In this document: positions 35,217 to 45,170 of the stretch, piece by piece
Layout of the letters: each line of letters opens with the position of its first letter
How positions within the stretch are numbered: position 1 is the first letter of the stretch
DNA from: Patescibacteria group bacterium
Lineage (GTDB): Bacteria > Patescibacteriota > Microgenomatia > UBA8517
Reading direction: 5' to 3'
NCBI GenBank assembly: GCA_035291665.1
Contig: DATDRP010000006.1
Coordinates: 145,255 to 209,254, forward strand
Length of the DNA stretch: 64,000 bases
Translations under genes and position numbers: made by a program
The notes under the pieces: generated by a model
Databases searched by the model: none
The model's input: the letters and a program-made list of their open reading frames with translations, nothing else
What the model was told of the DNA's origin: nothing

Positions 35217-36644
35217 TTACTTCAGTTTTAAAAGAGCTTCGATGAGCTCATCCGGGTTATTTTTGATTTCTTTAGCAACAACCAAGTCAAATAGCTTTTT
35301 TAAAGCTTCACCGACTTTGGGTCCGGGTTTGAGATTGAGTTTTTTCATAACGGTAACTCCGTTAATCTTCAGATCAGTAACTTTGAATGGCTGCTTTTGA
35401 ACAAGTTTTATCTTCCGTTTGAAATCCTCCAATCTCCAGGAGGTTTCACTAGCACCACCACCGAGTCTGTCAGCAGTTCTTAACGCGAGCATATCGGAGA
35501 CGTTTTCCAGACCAACGTTAGTAATAAACCTTCTCACCGCAGTATCTGTTTGATTTTCGTTGACGCTAAATTGGTGCCAGCGGACAAGTTTTTCCAGTTT
35601 TTCGGACTGTTTTTTTGAAAGCTTAATCCTTTTTGCCAACTTCTTGGCAATATATGTACTTACAACTTCATGATTGTAGAAAGTTATTATCCCGCTGTTC
35701 AATTTTTTATAGGTTGATACTTTTCCCAAATCATGAATTAGTATTGCCAGTTTTGTCACGGGGTCTTCGGTTGGTGCAAATTTCAATGACATAAGAGAGT
35801 GTGTCCCGACGTCGTACACATGGTGTCTCCGGGGAGATTTTTGCTGGATATCGAATGCTTTTTCAAATTCGGGAATAATCTGTTCCATAAGTTTGGTTTT
35901 TTGAAGTAACATTACTCCTTCGTGTGCGTACGGAGACTTCATAATTTTCAGAAGTTCATCTCTCACCCTCTCAGCTGTGATTTTTCGGATCGAGTCAGAA
36001 AGTTCCTTAATCGCAAATAAGGTGTGCTCTTCAATTTGGAAACGGATTTCAGTTGCAATTCTAACCGCACGCATCATCCGAAGGGAATCTTCAGTAAAAC
36101 GTTCGACCGGATTTCCTACTGCCCTAATGAGTTTATTTTCGAGATCTTTTTGACCATCGTAAAGATCAATTAGAGTAAAAGTGCGGGAGAGTGCAAGAGC
36201 CTGAGCAGTTTTTTTCTTATACTCTTTTACTCTTTTACTCTCCTGCTCTATTTTCAACGCCATTGCGTTAATGGTGAAGTCGCGTCTTTTGAGGTCGTCA
36301 GTAAGTGTTTTTCCCCACAAGACTTTGTCTGGTCTTCGCGAATCGCTATAACCGTGTTCAGTTCTGAAAGTCGTAATTTCGTAAGGTCTTTCTCCTTCAA
36401 TTTCGTTTGGGATGCCGACGGTTCCGAATTTGTTATCGTAATAAGCATTTTCAAAAAGAGTAAGGATTTGTTCGGGTACAGCATTAGTTGTGAAATCCCA
36501 ATCATAGACAATTTTTCCCATTAAAATGTCCCTTATAGCCCCGCCTACAATATAAATTTCAAAATCTTTTTTTTCAAAAGCGGATATAATTTTTGCTACC
36601 TGACCGGGAACATCAACTTTCATATTATTTGTAGTAAGCATCAA
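35217..36644 (-). CDS. cca: CCA-adding tRNA nucleotidyltransferase with HD domain
   Basis: IVGGAIRD, RDFTINAMA, and the HD motif LAILIHDLGK. Confidence 0.88.
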   Translation of the reverse strand: MMLTTNNMKVDVPGQVAKIISAFEKKDFEIYIVGGAIRDILMGKIVYDWDFTTNAVPEQILTLFENAYYDNKFGTVGIPNEIEGERPYEITTFRTEHGYSDSRRPDKVLWGKTLTDDLKRRDFTINAMALKIEQESKRVKEYKKKTAQALALSRTFTLIDLYDGQKDLENKLIRAVGNPVERFTEDSLRMMRAVRIATEIRFQIEEHTLFAIKELSDSIRKITAERVRDELLKIMKSPYAHEGVMLLQKTKLMEQIIPEFEKAFDIQQKSPRRHHVYDVGTHSLMSLKFAPTEDPVTKLAILIHDLGKVSTYKKLNSGIITFYNHEVVSTYIAKKLAKRIKLSKKQSEKLEKLVRWHQFSVNENQTDTAVRRFITNVGLENVSDMLALRTADRLGGGASETSWRLEDFKRKIKLVQKQPFKVTDLKINGVTVMKKLNLKPGPKVGEALKKLFDLVVAKEIKNNPDELIEALLKLK

Positions 36645-36737
36645 TAGGTAATTAGTTAATTTCGGAAAAATACTCTTCCGAGTATATCAGATATATTATA
36701 CTTCAAGATTTTGTGAATTTGATTATACTGGTAACAT

Positions 36738-38438
36738 GTGTTGAAATCTGGTATGAAGATCAATATTAAAAAGGAGTTGGTTTGGAAAATTCAATCGGAT
36801 TTAACCGAAGGAGTAAATAGTAACGAAGAAATTATAAATAAGCTTCTGGAGGGAAAAGGATACGGCACAACGTCAAAACGGAATAATTTTTTAAATCCAC
36901 CCCATCCGAAACAGATTAAGCTATCAAAACTTGGGATAAAAGCTCAAGAGATGCAAAAAGCAGTAAAAAGACTTACAACAGCTTTGGAAAAAAAAGAGCG
37001 GATTACTGTATTTGGTGATTATGACGCGGATGGAATCTGCTCAACAGCAATAGTCTGGGAAGCACTAGATGATCTTGGTTTTCTTGCTATGCCTCACATT
37101 CCCAAAAGAGAAGACGGTTACGGTATCAAAAAGGACAGCCTGGACCAGATTATGAAAAAATATCCGGATACAAAAATAATTATTACCGTCGATAATGGGA
37201 TCGTTGCTCACGATGCCGTTTCCTATGCAAATAAATTGGGGATTAACGTAATTGTGTTGGATCACCATGAAGTGTCCGAGAAGTATCCGGATGCATATGC
37301 TCTGATTTATACTAAAAAACTTTGCGGGGCAGCAATATCTTATTTTTTCGCAAGAGAACTCAAAAATAAAATTAAAGGGAAAAAATCAGAATTCCCATAC
37401 CACGATCCTATTGATTTGGCTGCGATTGGAACCGTCGCGGATCAAATGCAGTTAGTTGATGTAAACCGCGCCATTGTAAAATCGGGGCTTTCTGTACTTC
37501 GAAAAACAAATAGGATCGGGCTAACTGAGATGTTCAAAGAAGCCTCTATCGACAAGAGCAAAATCGGTACGTATGAAATAAATTATGTTATAGCTCCAAG
37601 GATTAATGCAATGGGAAGGCTCGATGAGGCAATGGAGTCTTTAAGATTAATTTGTGCACGAAGTTTCGGAAAAGCAAGAAGTCTTTCGGGAATTTTGGGA
37701 GAAACAAACAGGAAACGTCAGTCGGTTGTTGAAAAATCTACAATCATGGCATTTGAGAAACTGGAAAACTATGATTTTTCATCCAGAGTTATAATACTTG
37801 GTGATGAAAGCTTTCATGAAGGAGTCATCGGTCTTATCGCTTCAAAACTGACGGAAAAGTACTATCTGCCATCTATTGTTTTTTCGATAGGAAAAGAAAT
37901 TTCAAAAGCTTCAGCCAGGTCGATAAAAGGTTTCAATATTAATGCAAACATACGCAAATTGTCGAATCTGACTGAAGGAGGCGGCGGGCATGAGATGGCT
38001 GCCGGTTTCAGTATTAAAAATAATAATCTGAAAATATTTGAGAAAGAGTTTAAGAAATTAGCTAAAGTTAAAATAAAACAAAAGATGCTTGAAAAGAGGT
38101 TGCTGGTGAATGCAAGATTAAACTTTAATCAAATAAATTTGGGTTTGGCACAAAAACTACTCGACTTCGAACCGTACGGTATAGGAAATTCCAAACCGGT
38201 ATTTGTTTCCCAAAACGTGACGATACAAAATTCCAAAAAAGTTGGAAGTGCTGCAAATCATATGAAACTTACCCTAAACCAAACTGAGAAATATCTGGAT
38301 GCGATTTATTTTAATTTCGGAAGCGATGGATTTCTGGGAGGAACTAAAGTCAAAGCTGCGTATCAAATTGATATTAACACTTGGGATAACAGAATTAATT
38401 TACAGCTTTTAATTAAGGACATAAAACCAGAAATATAA
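36738..38438 (+). CDS. recJ: Single-stranded-DNA-specific exonuclease RecJ
   Basis: DHH-family motifs DYDADGI, DNG, VLDHHE and GGGHEMAAG. Start uncertain (GTG 36738 or ATG 36753). Confidence 0.88.
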   Translation: MLKSGMKINIKKELVWKIQSDLTEGVNSNEEIINKLLEGKGYGTTSKRNNFLNPPHPKQIKLSKLGIKAQEMQKAVKRLTTALEKKERITVFGDYDADGICSTAIVWEALDDLGFLAMPHIPKREDGYGIKKDSLDQIMKKYPDTKIIITVDNGIVAHDAVSYANKLGINVIVLDHHEVSEKYPDAYALIYTKKLCGAAISYFFARELKNKIKGKKSEFPYHDPIDLAAIGTVADQMQLVDVNRAIVKSGLSVLRKTNRIGLTEMFKEASIDKSKIGTYEINYVIAPRINAMGRLDEAMESLRLICARSFGKARSLSGILGETNRKRQSVVEKSTIMAFEKLENYDFSSRVIILGDESFHEGVIGLIASKLTEKYYLPSIVFSIGKEISKASARSIKGFNINANIRKLSNLTEGGGGHEMAAGFSIKNNNLKIFEKEFKKLAKVKIKQKMLEKRLLVNARLNFNQINLGLAQKLLDFEPYGIGNSKPVFVSQNVTIQNSKKVGSAANHMKLTLNQTEKYLDAIYFNFGSDGFLGGTKVKAAYQIDINTWDNRINLQLLIKDIKPEI

Positions 38439-39940
38439 TGAAAACAAACTATATTAATCCTGAGAAAGAATTCAATCATTTTTTGGAAGGTATAAAAGCA
38501 AGAGGGTTGGATGAGGTTGTTGTGAAAAAAGCATGGGATTTCGCGCTTTTGGCCCATCATGGACAAAAGAGAAAAACCGGGGAACCGTTTGTGGTCCATT
38601 GTTTGGAAGTAGCAAAACAATTGAATGATTGGAAATTGGATCAGGATAGTATTGTAGCCGGACTATTGCATGACACGGTCGAAGATGGCGGCGCAAAATT
38701 TGAGGATATCGAAAAAGAATTTAATGGTGATGTGTCAAAGCTGGTCGCCGGCGTTACGAAAATTTCCGATATCAGACTTCGCGGAAGTCAGAGTGAAGCG
38801 TTTATTGAAAATTTAAGGAAAATGTTTTTGGCAATGGCCAAAGACCTTCGTGTTATTTTGGTAAAACTGGCGGACCGACTTCACAATATGAAAACACTTT
38901 GGGGAGTGGATCCCGAAAAAAGGAAAAGAATAGCCGAGGAAACACTTTCGATATATGCACCGCTTGCCGAAAGATTGGGGATGGGTGAAGTAAAATCACA
39001 AATGGACGATTTAGCATTCCCATATGTATATCCCGAGGAATATGAAAGGGTAAAAAAAGAATCCAAAAAATATTATAAAGACGCGGAAAAACAAGTTGTA
39101 AAAGTTAAAAGAACTATTTTGAAAGCTTTAGCAAATCATGATTTAAGCGTAAAAATCAGCGGGAGAAAAAAACATCTTTATTCCCTATGGAAAAAGCTCA
39201 ACAGACCCGAAATTGAATGGGATTTTGAAAAAATTCAAGACATTGTTGCGCTTCGGATTATTACCAAAAGCATTTCTCAATGTTATACCGCACTCGGAGT
39301 TGTACACCAGCTTTATAAACCGGTTCCCCATTTGGGGATCTCGGATTTTATTGCCCAGCCGAAACCGAATGGCTACCAATCGATTCATACTAAAGTTTTT
39401 GGTGTAAACGGAAGGATTATCGAAATCCAAATCCGGACGGAAGAAATGCACGAACAAGCCGAGCACGGTATTGCAGCTCATTGGTTTTTATCGGACCTGA
39501 AATCCAAGGGGAAGTTTACATCAGAGGACGTGGAGAAAGGGGAATTGGCAATGGTGAAAGGTAATAAATTAACCTGGGTAAGACAGCTTGCCGATTGGCA
39601 GAAAGAAATAAAAGATCAATCGGAATATCTTGAAGCCGTAAAGTTTGATGCTTTGGGAGAAAGGATTTTTGTTTTTTCACCCATGGGAGATGTATATGAT
39701 TTACCGAACGGCGCGACTCCCGTGGATTTTGCATACGCGGTTCATTCAAACCTCGGAAATTTTGTTAAAGCCGCCAAAGTAAACGCAAAGCTGGTACCCC
39801 TCAACCATATACTGAAAAGCGGGGATGTGGTGGAGATAATAAAACAAAAAAACGAAAAAGGTCCGACAAAGGATTGGATCGGTTTTGTTAATACAACCCT
39901 CGCGAAACGCGAGATTAATAAGTATTTGAGAAAAAATTAA
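38438..39940 (+). CDS. rel: Bifunctional (p)ppGpp synthetase/hydrolase (Rel/SpoT homolog)
   Basis: HD hydrolase (HHGQKRKTGEPFVVH..LLHDTVED), synthetase (PKPNGYQSIHT..EIQIRT..MH) and a TGS domain. No ACT domain. Confidence 0.9.
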   Translation: MKTNYINPEKEFNHFLEGIKARGLDEVVVKKAWDFALLAHHGQKRKTGEPFVVHCLEVAKQLNDWKLDQDSIVAGLLHDTVEDGGAKFEDIEKEFNGDVSKLVAGVTKISDIRLRGSQSEAFIENLRKMFLAMAKDLRVILVKLADRLHNMKTLWGVDPEKRKRIAEETLSIYAPLAERLGMGEVKSQMDDLAFPYVYPEEYERVKKESKKYYKDAEKQVVKVKRTILKALANHDLSVKISGRKKHLYSLWKKLNRPEIEWDFEKIQDIVALRIITKSISQCYTALGVVHQLYKPVPHLGISDFIAQPKPNGYQSIHTKVFGVNGRIIEIQIRTEEMHEQAEHGIAAHWFLSDLKSKGKFTSEDVEKGELAMVKGNKLTWVRQLADWQKEIKDQSEYLEAVKFDALGERIFVFSPMGDVYDLPNGATPVDFAYAVHSNLGNFVKAAKVNAKLVPLNHILKSGDVVEIIKQKNEKGPTKDWIGFVNTTLAKREINKYLRKN

Positions 39941-40015
39941 CAAAGGGTACAATACAGATATGCCTAGCTGTATTTACTTGGCATTTGCCCGGGATGAAAT
40001 TGATAGTCAATTATT

Positions 40016-41407
40016 ATGGATAGAACACTAATTTCCCAAGTCACAAGTAAAGTCGGTGAGAAAGTAAAACTTCAAGGATGGGTGGACACAATCCGCGATC
40101 ACGGTAAAATTACCTTTATCGATCTTCGGGACAGGTCAAGCTTAGTTCAATGTGTCGGATCAGATTTGGATCCTGTCACACCGGAAAGCGTTGTAGAAAT
40201 TATAGGTACAATTGCAAATCGACCTGAAAAACTCATTAATAAAAATATCGAGACAGGTACGGTTGAAATCCAGATAGAAACATTGCGGATAATCTCAAAA
40301 GCTTTAGAGTTGCCAATCCCTATTGAAGGAGACGGTTGGGATATCGATGAAAAGGTAAGGTTAAAATACAGGTATTTGGATCTGAGAAGGTCCCGGATGG
40401 CAAAAAATATTCGGACGCGATCTAAGGTGGCCAATTTCATGAGGAAGTGGTTGATTGATCGCGATTTTGTTGAAGTAGAAACACCGATTTTGACAAAAAC
40501 CACGCCTGAAGGTGCCAGGGATTTTCTGGTTCCGTCAAGACTTCAGAAGGGTAAATTTTATGCCCTGCCTCAATCCCCGCAGCAATATAAACAAATGCTC
40601 ATGGTTGCCGGATTTGAAAGGTATTTCCAGATTGCCCGTTGTTTTCGGGATGAAGATCCGAGAGCTGACCGGGCATATGGTGAGTTTACCCAGCTTGATA
40701 TTGAAATGAGCTTTGTGGAACAGGAAGACATCCTGAAAATGACGGAGGAATTATTTACTCAACTGGTCAAGGAAGTATTTCCGGAAAAGAAGTTTACTCA
40801 ACTGCCATGGCCAAGGATTCCGCATAAAGTTGCGATGGAGAAATACGGTTCGGACAAGCCGGATATTCGAAAAAATAAAAATGATCCGGATGAGCTGGCT
40901 TTTTGTTGGGTAGTTGATTTTCCCTTATTTACAGAGCAATCAGAAAAGGATTATTTTCATGGATCAGGCAGTGCAAAATTTGCCCCATCGCATCATATGT
41001 TTACGGCACCCCACCCTGAAGATATAAAACTTTTGGATTCCGATCCGACAAAAGTACGCGGGCTTCAGCACGATATGGTTTTGAACGGTTTTGAGGTGGG
41101 AGGAGGAAGTATCAGAATTCACCAGCCCGAAGTACAACAGAAAGTATTTGATCTTATTGGATTTTCTAAAGAACAAAAGAAAGAGTTTGAACACATGCTG
41201 ACAGCCTTCAAATATGGTGTCCCGCCCCATGGAGGAATAGCTCCGGGAGTTGATCGTTTTACCTATGTTGTTTTAGGTGAACAAAGTATACGGGAAGTTA
41301 TGGCCTTCCCTACTTCGGCTTCGGGAATGACATCGGTCATGGATGCGCCAAGTAGCGCAACTGACGACCAGCTAAAAGAACTTTCCATAAGGGTTGTTAA
41401 GAAATAA
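40016..41407 (+). CDS. aspS: Aspartate--tRNA ligase, bacterial-type core without the GAD insertion
   Basis: OB-fold N-domain, QSPQQYKQMLMVAGFERYFQIARCFRDEDPRADR, and motif 3 GGIAPGVDR. Only about 12 aa lie between GSDKPDIR and WVVDFPLF. Confidence 0.92.
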   Translation: MDRTLISQVTSKVGEKVKLQGWVDTIRDHGKITFIDLRDRSSLVQCVGSDLDPVTPESVVEIIGTIANRPEKLINKNIETGTVEIQIETLRIISKALELPIPIEGDGWDIDEKVRLKYRYLDLRRSRMAKNIRTRSKVANFMRKWLIDRDFVEVETPILTKTTPEGARDFLVPSRLQKGKFYALPQSPQQYKQMLMVAGFERYFQIARCFRDEDPRADRAYGEFTQLDIEMSFVEQEDILKMTEELFTQLVKEVFPEKKFTQLPWPRIPHKVAMEKYGSDKPDIRKNKNDPDELAFCWVVDFPLFTEQSEKDYFHGSGSAKFAPSHHMFTAPHPEDIKLLDSDPTKVRGLQHDMVLNGFEVGGGSIRIHQPEVQQKVFDLIGFSKEQKKEFEHMLTAFKYGVPPHGGIAPGVDRFTYVVLGEQSIREVMAFPTSASGMTSVMDAPSSATDDQLKELSIRVVKK

Positions 41408-41522
41408 TTTTCTTGATTGGAGAGTAAGCTTTTTTCCAAGATGTCATTGAAAGTATCTTCAATTTGATTTAATCTGGATTCTAGAATCTTTTTTCCAAAT
41501 TTTTTTAATCCAATAGAATGTC

Positions 41523-42473
41523 ATGAATAAATATCCCCCCGGAAATAAAATAAATATCTTTTTCCCCACGCTTGTTTTTTGTTTTCTTTACATATCTTTT
41601 GCAACATTTCTTGTAAGTTACTACTACAGTACTCCCAAGCCGGAACAGGTAGTTTTTGCGCAGGATGAAAAAACATTAGGATTGTCAACAGCGGTTACTG
41701 AATCAAAACCGCTGCAACCGCAAATTGTCAGCGGCATACCGATACCTGATATATCTGCATGGTCAGCTTATGCAATTGAGGCAAAAAGCCATTATGTTTT
41801 ATACGAGAAGAATGAATCGGAACAGGTTTTTCCCGCATCTACTGCAAAGATAGTAACGGCGCTTGTTAGTCTTGACTATTACGATCTTCAAAGCGTAGTG
41901 AGCGTCGGAAAATTAAACGTGGAAGGTCAAAAGATGGGATTGGTTGGGGGAGAACAAATTACAGTTGAAAATCTTCTTTCGGGTTTGCTTGTTTTGAGTG
42001 CGAATGATGCGGCTGAAGTACTGGCTTCAAACTATCCCGGGGGACGGGATATTTTTATTGCACAGATGAATGTGAAAGCAAAAGAACTTGGCATGGTTAG
42101 TACAATTTTTACAAATCCATCCGGATTGGATTCTTCAAACCAAACAACAACAGCAAAAGATTTGATCAAAGCCTCTGAAGTTGCAATGGAAAATGATACT
42201 TTTTCAAAGCTGGTCGCCACAAAAGATATAACTGTTTCAAGCATTGACGGAGCATACAAGCACCGCCTTTACAACATAAATAGGTTATTGTGGGAAGTGG
42301 ATGGAGTCAAAGGTGTTAAAACGGGAAAAACTGATGGAGCTCAGGAAAATTTGATTACTTATATTGAACGCGATGGAGTGGGAGTGTATATTGCTGTTTT
42401 GGGAAGTAATGACAGATTTAATGATTCAAAAAAATTAATTGATTACATCTTCGCCAAATATTCATTTGAGTAA
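41523..42473 (+). CDS. D-alanyl-D-alanine carboxypeptidase (S11, PBP5-like)
   Basis: SxxK (ASTAKI), SxN (SANDAA) and KTG (KTGKTDGA) motifs. N-terminal TM. Confidence 0.85.
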   Translation: MNKYPPGNKINIFFPTLVFCFLYISFATFLVSYYYSTPKPEQVVFAQDEKTLGLSTAVTESKPLQPQIVSGIPIPDISAWSAYAIEAKSHYVLYEKNESEQVFPASTAKIVTALVSLDYYDLQSVVSVGKLNVEGQKMGLVGGEQITVENLLSGLLVLSANDAAEVLASNYPGGRDIFIAQMNVKAKELGMVSTIFTNPSGLDSSNQTTTAKDLIKASEVAMENDTFSKLVATKDITVSSIDGAYKHRLYNINRLLWEVDGVKGVKTGKTDGAQENLITYIERDGVGVYIAVLGSNDRFNDSKKLIDYIFAKYSFE

Positions 42474-42501
42474 GAATTAGCTCTGAATCTTAAACTTTTA
42501 G

Positions 42502-42523
42502 ACCTGCCTACCGGCAGGCAGGT
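42502..42523. terminator. Hairpin between convergent genes (possible bidirectional terminator)
   Basis: ACCTGCCT-ACCGGC-AGGCAGGT, an 8-bp GC-rich stem. The flanks are only weakly T-rich. Confidence 0.45.
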
Positions 42524-42565
42524 TTAAACTTACACTTTTGGACGGGACTTAGAACATACGTTTGA

Positions 42566-43615
42566 CTATTCGGAGCGAACGTATTCGTTGATTACCGCCG
42601 GGATGTAGGCAACAAAATTGTTATCCCCTTCAAAAACAACAACAGGTTGGAAATATTCCGTATATTGTCCGGGGTCATAATATGCCAGATAAACTTTTCT
42701 TATTGTAATCGTTCCTTTGGAATTGTCTCCCAAATCGGCAATATACCCTTTTCCGGATTTCAATTCTTCCCAGGCCTCTTCAGAGGTTTTTATCGGGTAT
42801 GTACCGTTTTTATTTTCGTCGAGGGCAAAGTGATGATATTCGGCTGCAACCACCTGGTCGCCGCCTGCTCTTGCGCCGGAGAACATGAACCAAACATTTG
42901 CCTGCCCCCTGACGCTGGTGACATTCGGAAGATCATTGTAAGTTTTTCGATATAGATTAATTTTGATAAGGTTGGCGTCCGATAAAGAATTGGCTTCGAC
43001 AAAGTTTCCGTTGTTAATTTTAACGAAACTGTGAGTAATTTCACCGCTTAAATCCTCAGGAAGCGACCTTGCTCGGGAAAGATAAGTTTTTGCCAAAGCT
43101 GTAGCCTGTTCGGGGGTTGGCGGAACATTTTCAATTGCAGTCGGTTTTGAATTCAAATCATAGCTAATGGAAAAAATTCCTGTGACAATGTTCAGGTTTA
43201 ATGACGCCGGCGAGGTTGGGTGAGTAAAAAGATAAACCGTCTCTACCAACTCCCGTCCATCAGGACTGAATCCCAAACTGGCCGCTTTTTGTTTCGCCAG
43301 ATCAAGAGATTTGATTGTTGAAATCGGTTTGGGCATAAAATAAACAGTCAGCTGTTTTGGAAATTTGGGTAATTTCAAATCGGCCGTTTCCAGGGTAAAA
43401 ACAAGATCTACGGTGTTGGTCTTACTCGGAAAAGGAATTGGCGATAATTTGTCAAATGACAAAGTCGGAGGAGGGGGAGGCTCCGGAAAATATTTTCTGT
43501 ATAAACCCAGGCCGATTTTGTACGAATATCTGACAATGACTAAAAAAACTGCAAAATAAATTGAATACCTGATTATTTTTCTTGAAGTGATGGCAACTTG
43601 TGTCAATGAGCTCAT
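42566..43615 (-). CDS. Hypothetical membrane-anchored extracytoplasmic protein
   Basis: 349-aa ORF with an N-terminal TM followed by PEPPPPPT. No family recognised. Confidence 0.6.
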   Translation of the reverse strand: MSSLTQVAITSRKIIRYSIYFAVFLVIVRYSYKIGLGLYRKYFPEPPPPPTLSFDKLSPIPFPSKTNTVDLVFTLETADLKLPKFPKQLTVYFMPKPISTIKSLDLAKQKAASLGFSPDGRELVETVYLFTHPTSPASLNLNIVTGIFSISYDLNSKPTAIENVPPTPEQATALAKTYLSRARSLPEDLSGEITHSFVKINNGNFVEANSLSDANLIKINLYRKTYNDLPNVTSVRGQANVWFMFSGARAGGDQVVAAEYHHFALDENKNGTYPIKTSEEAWEELKSGKGYIADLGDNSKGTITIRKVYLAYYDPGQYTEYFQPVVVFEGDNNFVAYIPAVINEYVRSE

Positions 43616-43781
43616 ACAACAATCATTTTAGATGATTAATGGTAAATTTCAAATGACGTAAACCGAAGTGGAGAACAATTCATGAGATATTTAACCGCAA
43701 CAAAATATACACAGCGTTTTTTTAAAATTATGAAATTGTGTGGATAATATGAGCCAAAAACGCTAGAATTCAGTTGTAAGT

Positions 43782-45143
43782 ATGTCGGGAACATTTAAAA
43801 CAAAAAGTAAAAAAGTTCGGACAAGATTTGCTCCAAGTCCTACAGGAACTCTGCATGTCGGAGGTCTTCGGACGGCAGTTTATGCATATGCATTAGCCAA
43901 AAGATACAAAGGAGATTTTATTTTACGTATTGAAGACACCGACCAAAAAAGGCTTGTCCCCCAAGCGAAAGAAAAACTGGAAGAAATTTTAAAACAATTT
44001 TCTCTAACCTGGGATGAATATTATGTTCAAAGCGAGCGTGTAAAATCAGGGATTTACGCAAAAGCCGCTGAGAAACTGGTAAGGGATGGGCATGCTTTTT
44101 ACTGTCAATGTCTACCAAGGAATGCAAAAACCGAGGGGTTCTCAAAAATCTTACGGGATCCCTGCCGTGATAAAAATTTAAGAACAGGCGCGATAAAGCT
44201 AAAAGTTCCTGAAAACAAGAAAGTAAGTTATAGAGATTTTGTTATCCAAAAAGAAATAATCTGGGATAGTGGCGTGGTTGATGATGCAACGCTTCTAAAA
44301 TCCGACGGATTTCCGACATACCATTTGGCGGTTGTTGTGGATGACCACGATATGAATATCTCACATGTACTTCGCGGACATGATTGGTTGCCATCTACAC
44401 CAATCCACCTTTTGGTTTATGAATACTTGGAGTATGACCGTCCTGAAATTGGTCATTTAACGGATATTTTGGATCCTGAGGGAGGCAAACTGTCAAAGCG
44501 CAAAGGGAGTGTCTCTTGTGAGGCAATCCTTGCGGAAGGGTATCTGCCTGAGGCAATCTTAAATTTTGTTATGCTTCTCGGATGGGCGCCAAAAGATGAC
44601 CGTGAGATATTTACTCTTGAAGAATTTGTGAAGGCTTTTGACGAAAATGGTTTTCAAAAGTCAAACCCGATTTATAACCGGGATAAATTAAATTGGTTTA
44701 ATGGTGAATATATAAGAAATTCAAAAAACTCAATACTAATGACCAAATTAGTTGATTTTTTTAATAGGAAATACGCTGAAGAAAAGCTTGAAAAAATAAT
44801 CCCCCTCGTCAGGGAGAGGTTGAATACACTTTCAGAATTTGAAAGTTTGGCGGGATTCTTTTTCGAATTACCCAAGGCGGACAAAAAACTTCTCGGTGAA
44901 AATTTTAAGGAACATTTATCGGGTGCAATCACAGTTTTGGAGGGAGTTAATATATGGAATCTTGAAAATATTAACAAAGCTTTGATGGATCTGATCCAAA
45001 GCAAAAACTTCAAAACCGGAAAATTTTTTATGGATATACGGATTGCGATTACAGGCAGTTCGGTAACTCCACCGATAAACGAATCGATGGAAATTCTCGG
45101 AAAGGATGAAAGCATAAAAAGGCTAAGCGGTATTTTAAACTGA
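43782..45143 (+). CDS. gltX: Glutamate--tRNA ligase
   Basis: HIGH-type RFAPSPTGTLHVGG and KMSKS-type KLSKRKG. Confidence 0.92.
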   Translation: MSGTFKTKSKKVRTRFAPSPTGTLHVGGLRTAVYAYALAKRYKGDFILRIEDTDQKRLVPQAKEKLEEILKQFSLTWDEYYVQSERVKSGIYAKAAEKLVRDGHAFYCQCLPRNAKTEGFSKILRDPCRDKNLRTGAIKLKVPENKKVSYRDFVIQKEIIWDSGVVDDATLLKSDGFPTYHLAVVVDDHDMNISHVLRGHDWLPSTPIHLLVYEYLEYDRPEIGHLTDILDPEGGKLSKRKGSVSCEAILAEGYLPEAILNFVMLLGWAPKDDREIFTLEEFVKAFDENGFQKSNPIYNRDKLNWFNGEYIRNSKNSILMTKLVDFFNRKYAEEKLEKIIPLVRERLNTLSEFESLAGFFFELPKADKKLLGENFKEHLSGAITVLEGVNIWNLENINKALMDLIQSKNFKTGKFFMDIRIAITGSSVTPPINESMEILGKDESIKRLSGILN

Positions 45144-45158
45144 ATCCCATCGTTCGCA

Positions 45159-45164
45159 TATAAT
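45159..45164 (+). promoter_or_regulatory. TATAAT hexamer 6 nt before the ATG at 45171
   Basis: CATATAAT-AAGATT-ATG, no SD. Same geometry as at dtd, the HNH gene and sodA. Confidence 0.3.
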
Positions 45165-45170
45165 AAGATT

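Noticed and set aside
36215-36250. Possible insertion of intergenic repeat material into cca. It shares the 13-mer ACTCTCCTGCTCT and CTTATAC words with the secD-secF spacer 33931-33955, and corresponds to an extra KIEQESKRVKEYKKK segment after RDFTINAMA.
   Set aside because: A 13-mer match is expected many times by chance in 64 kb on both strands, and the remaining similarity is low-complexity. This is not enough to claim a repeat-derived insertion, and loop-length variation at this position in CCA enzymes is common.
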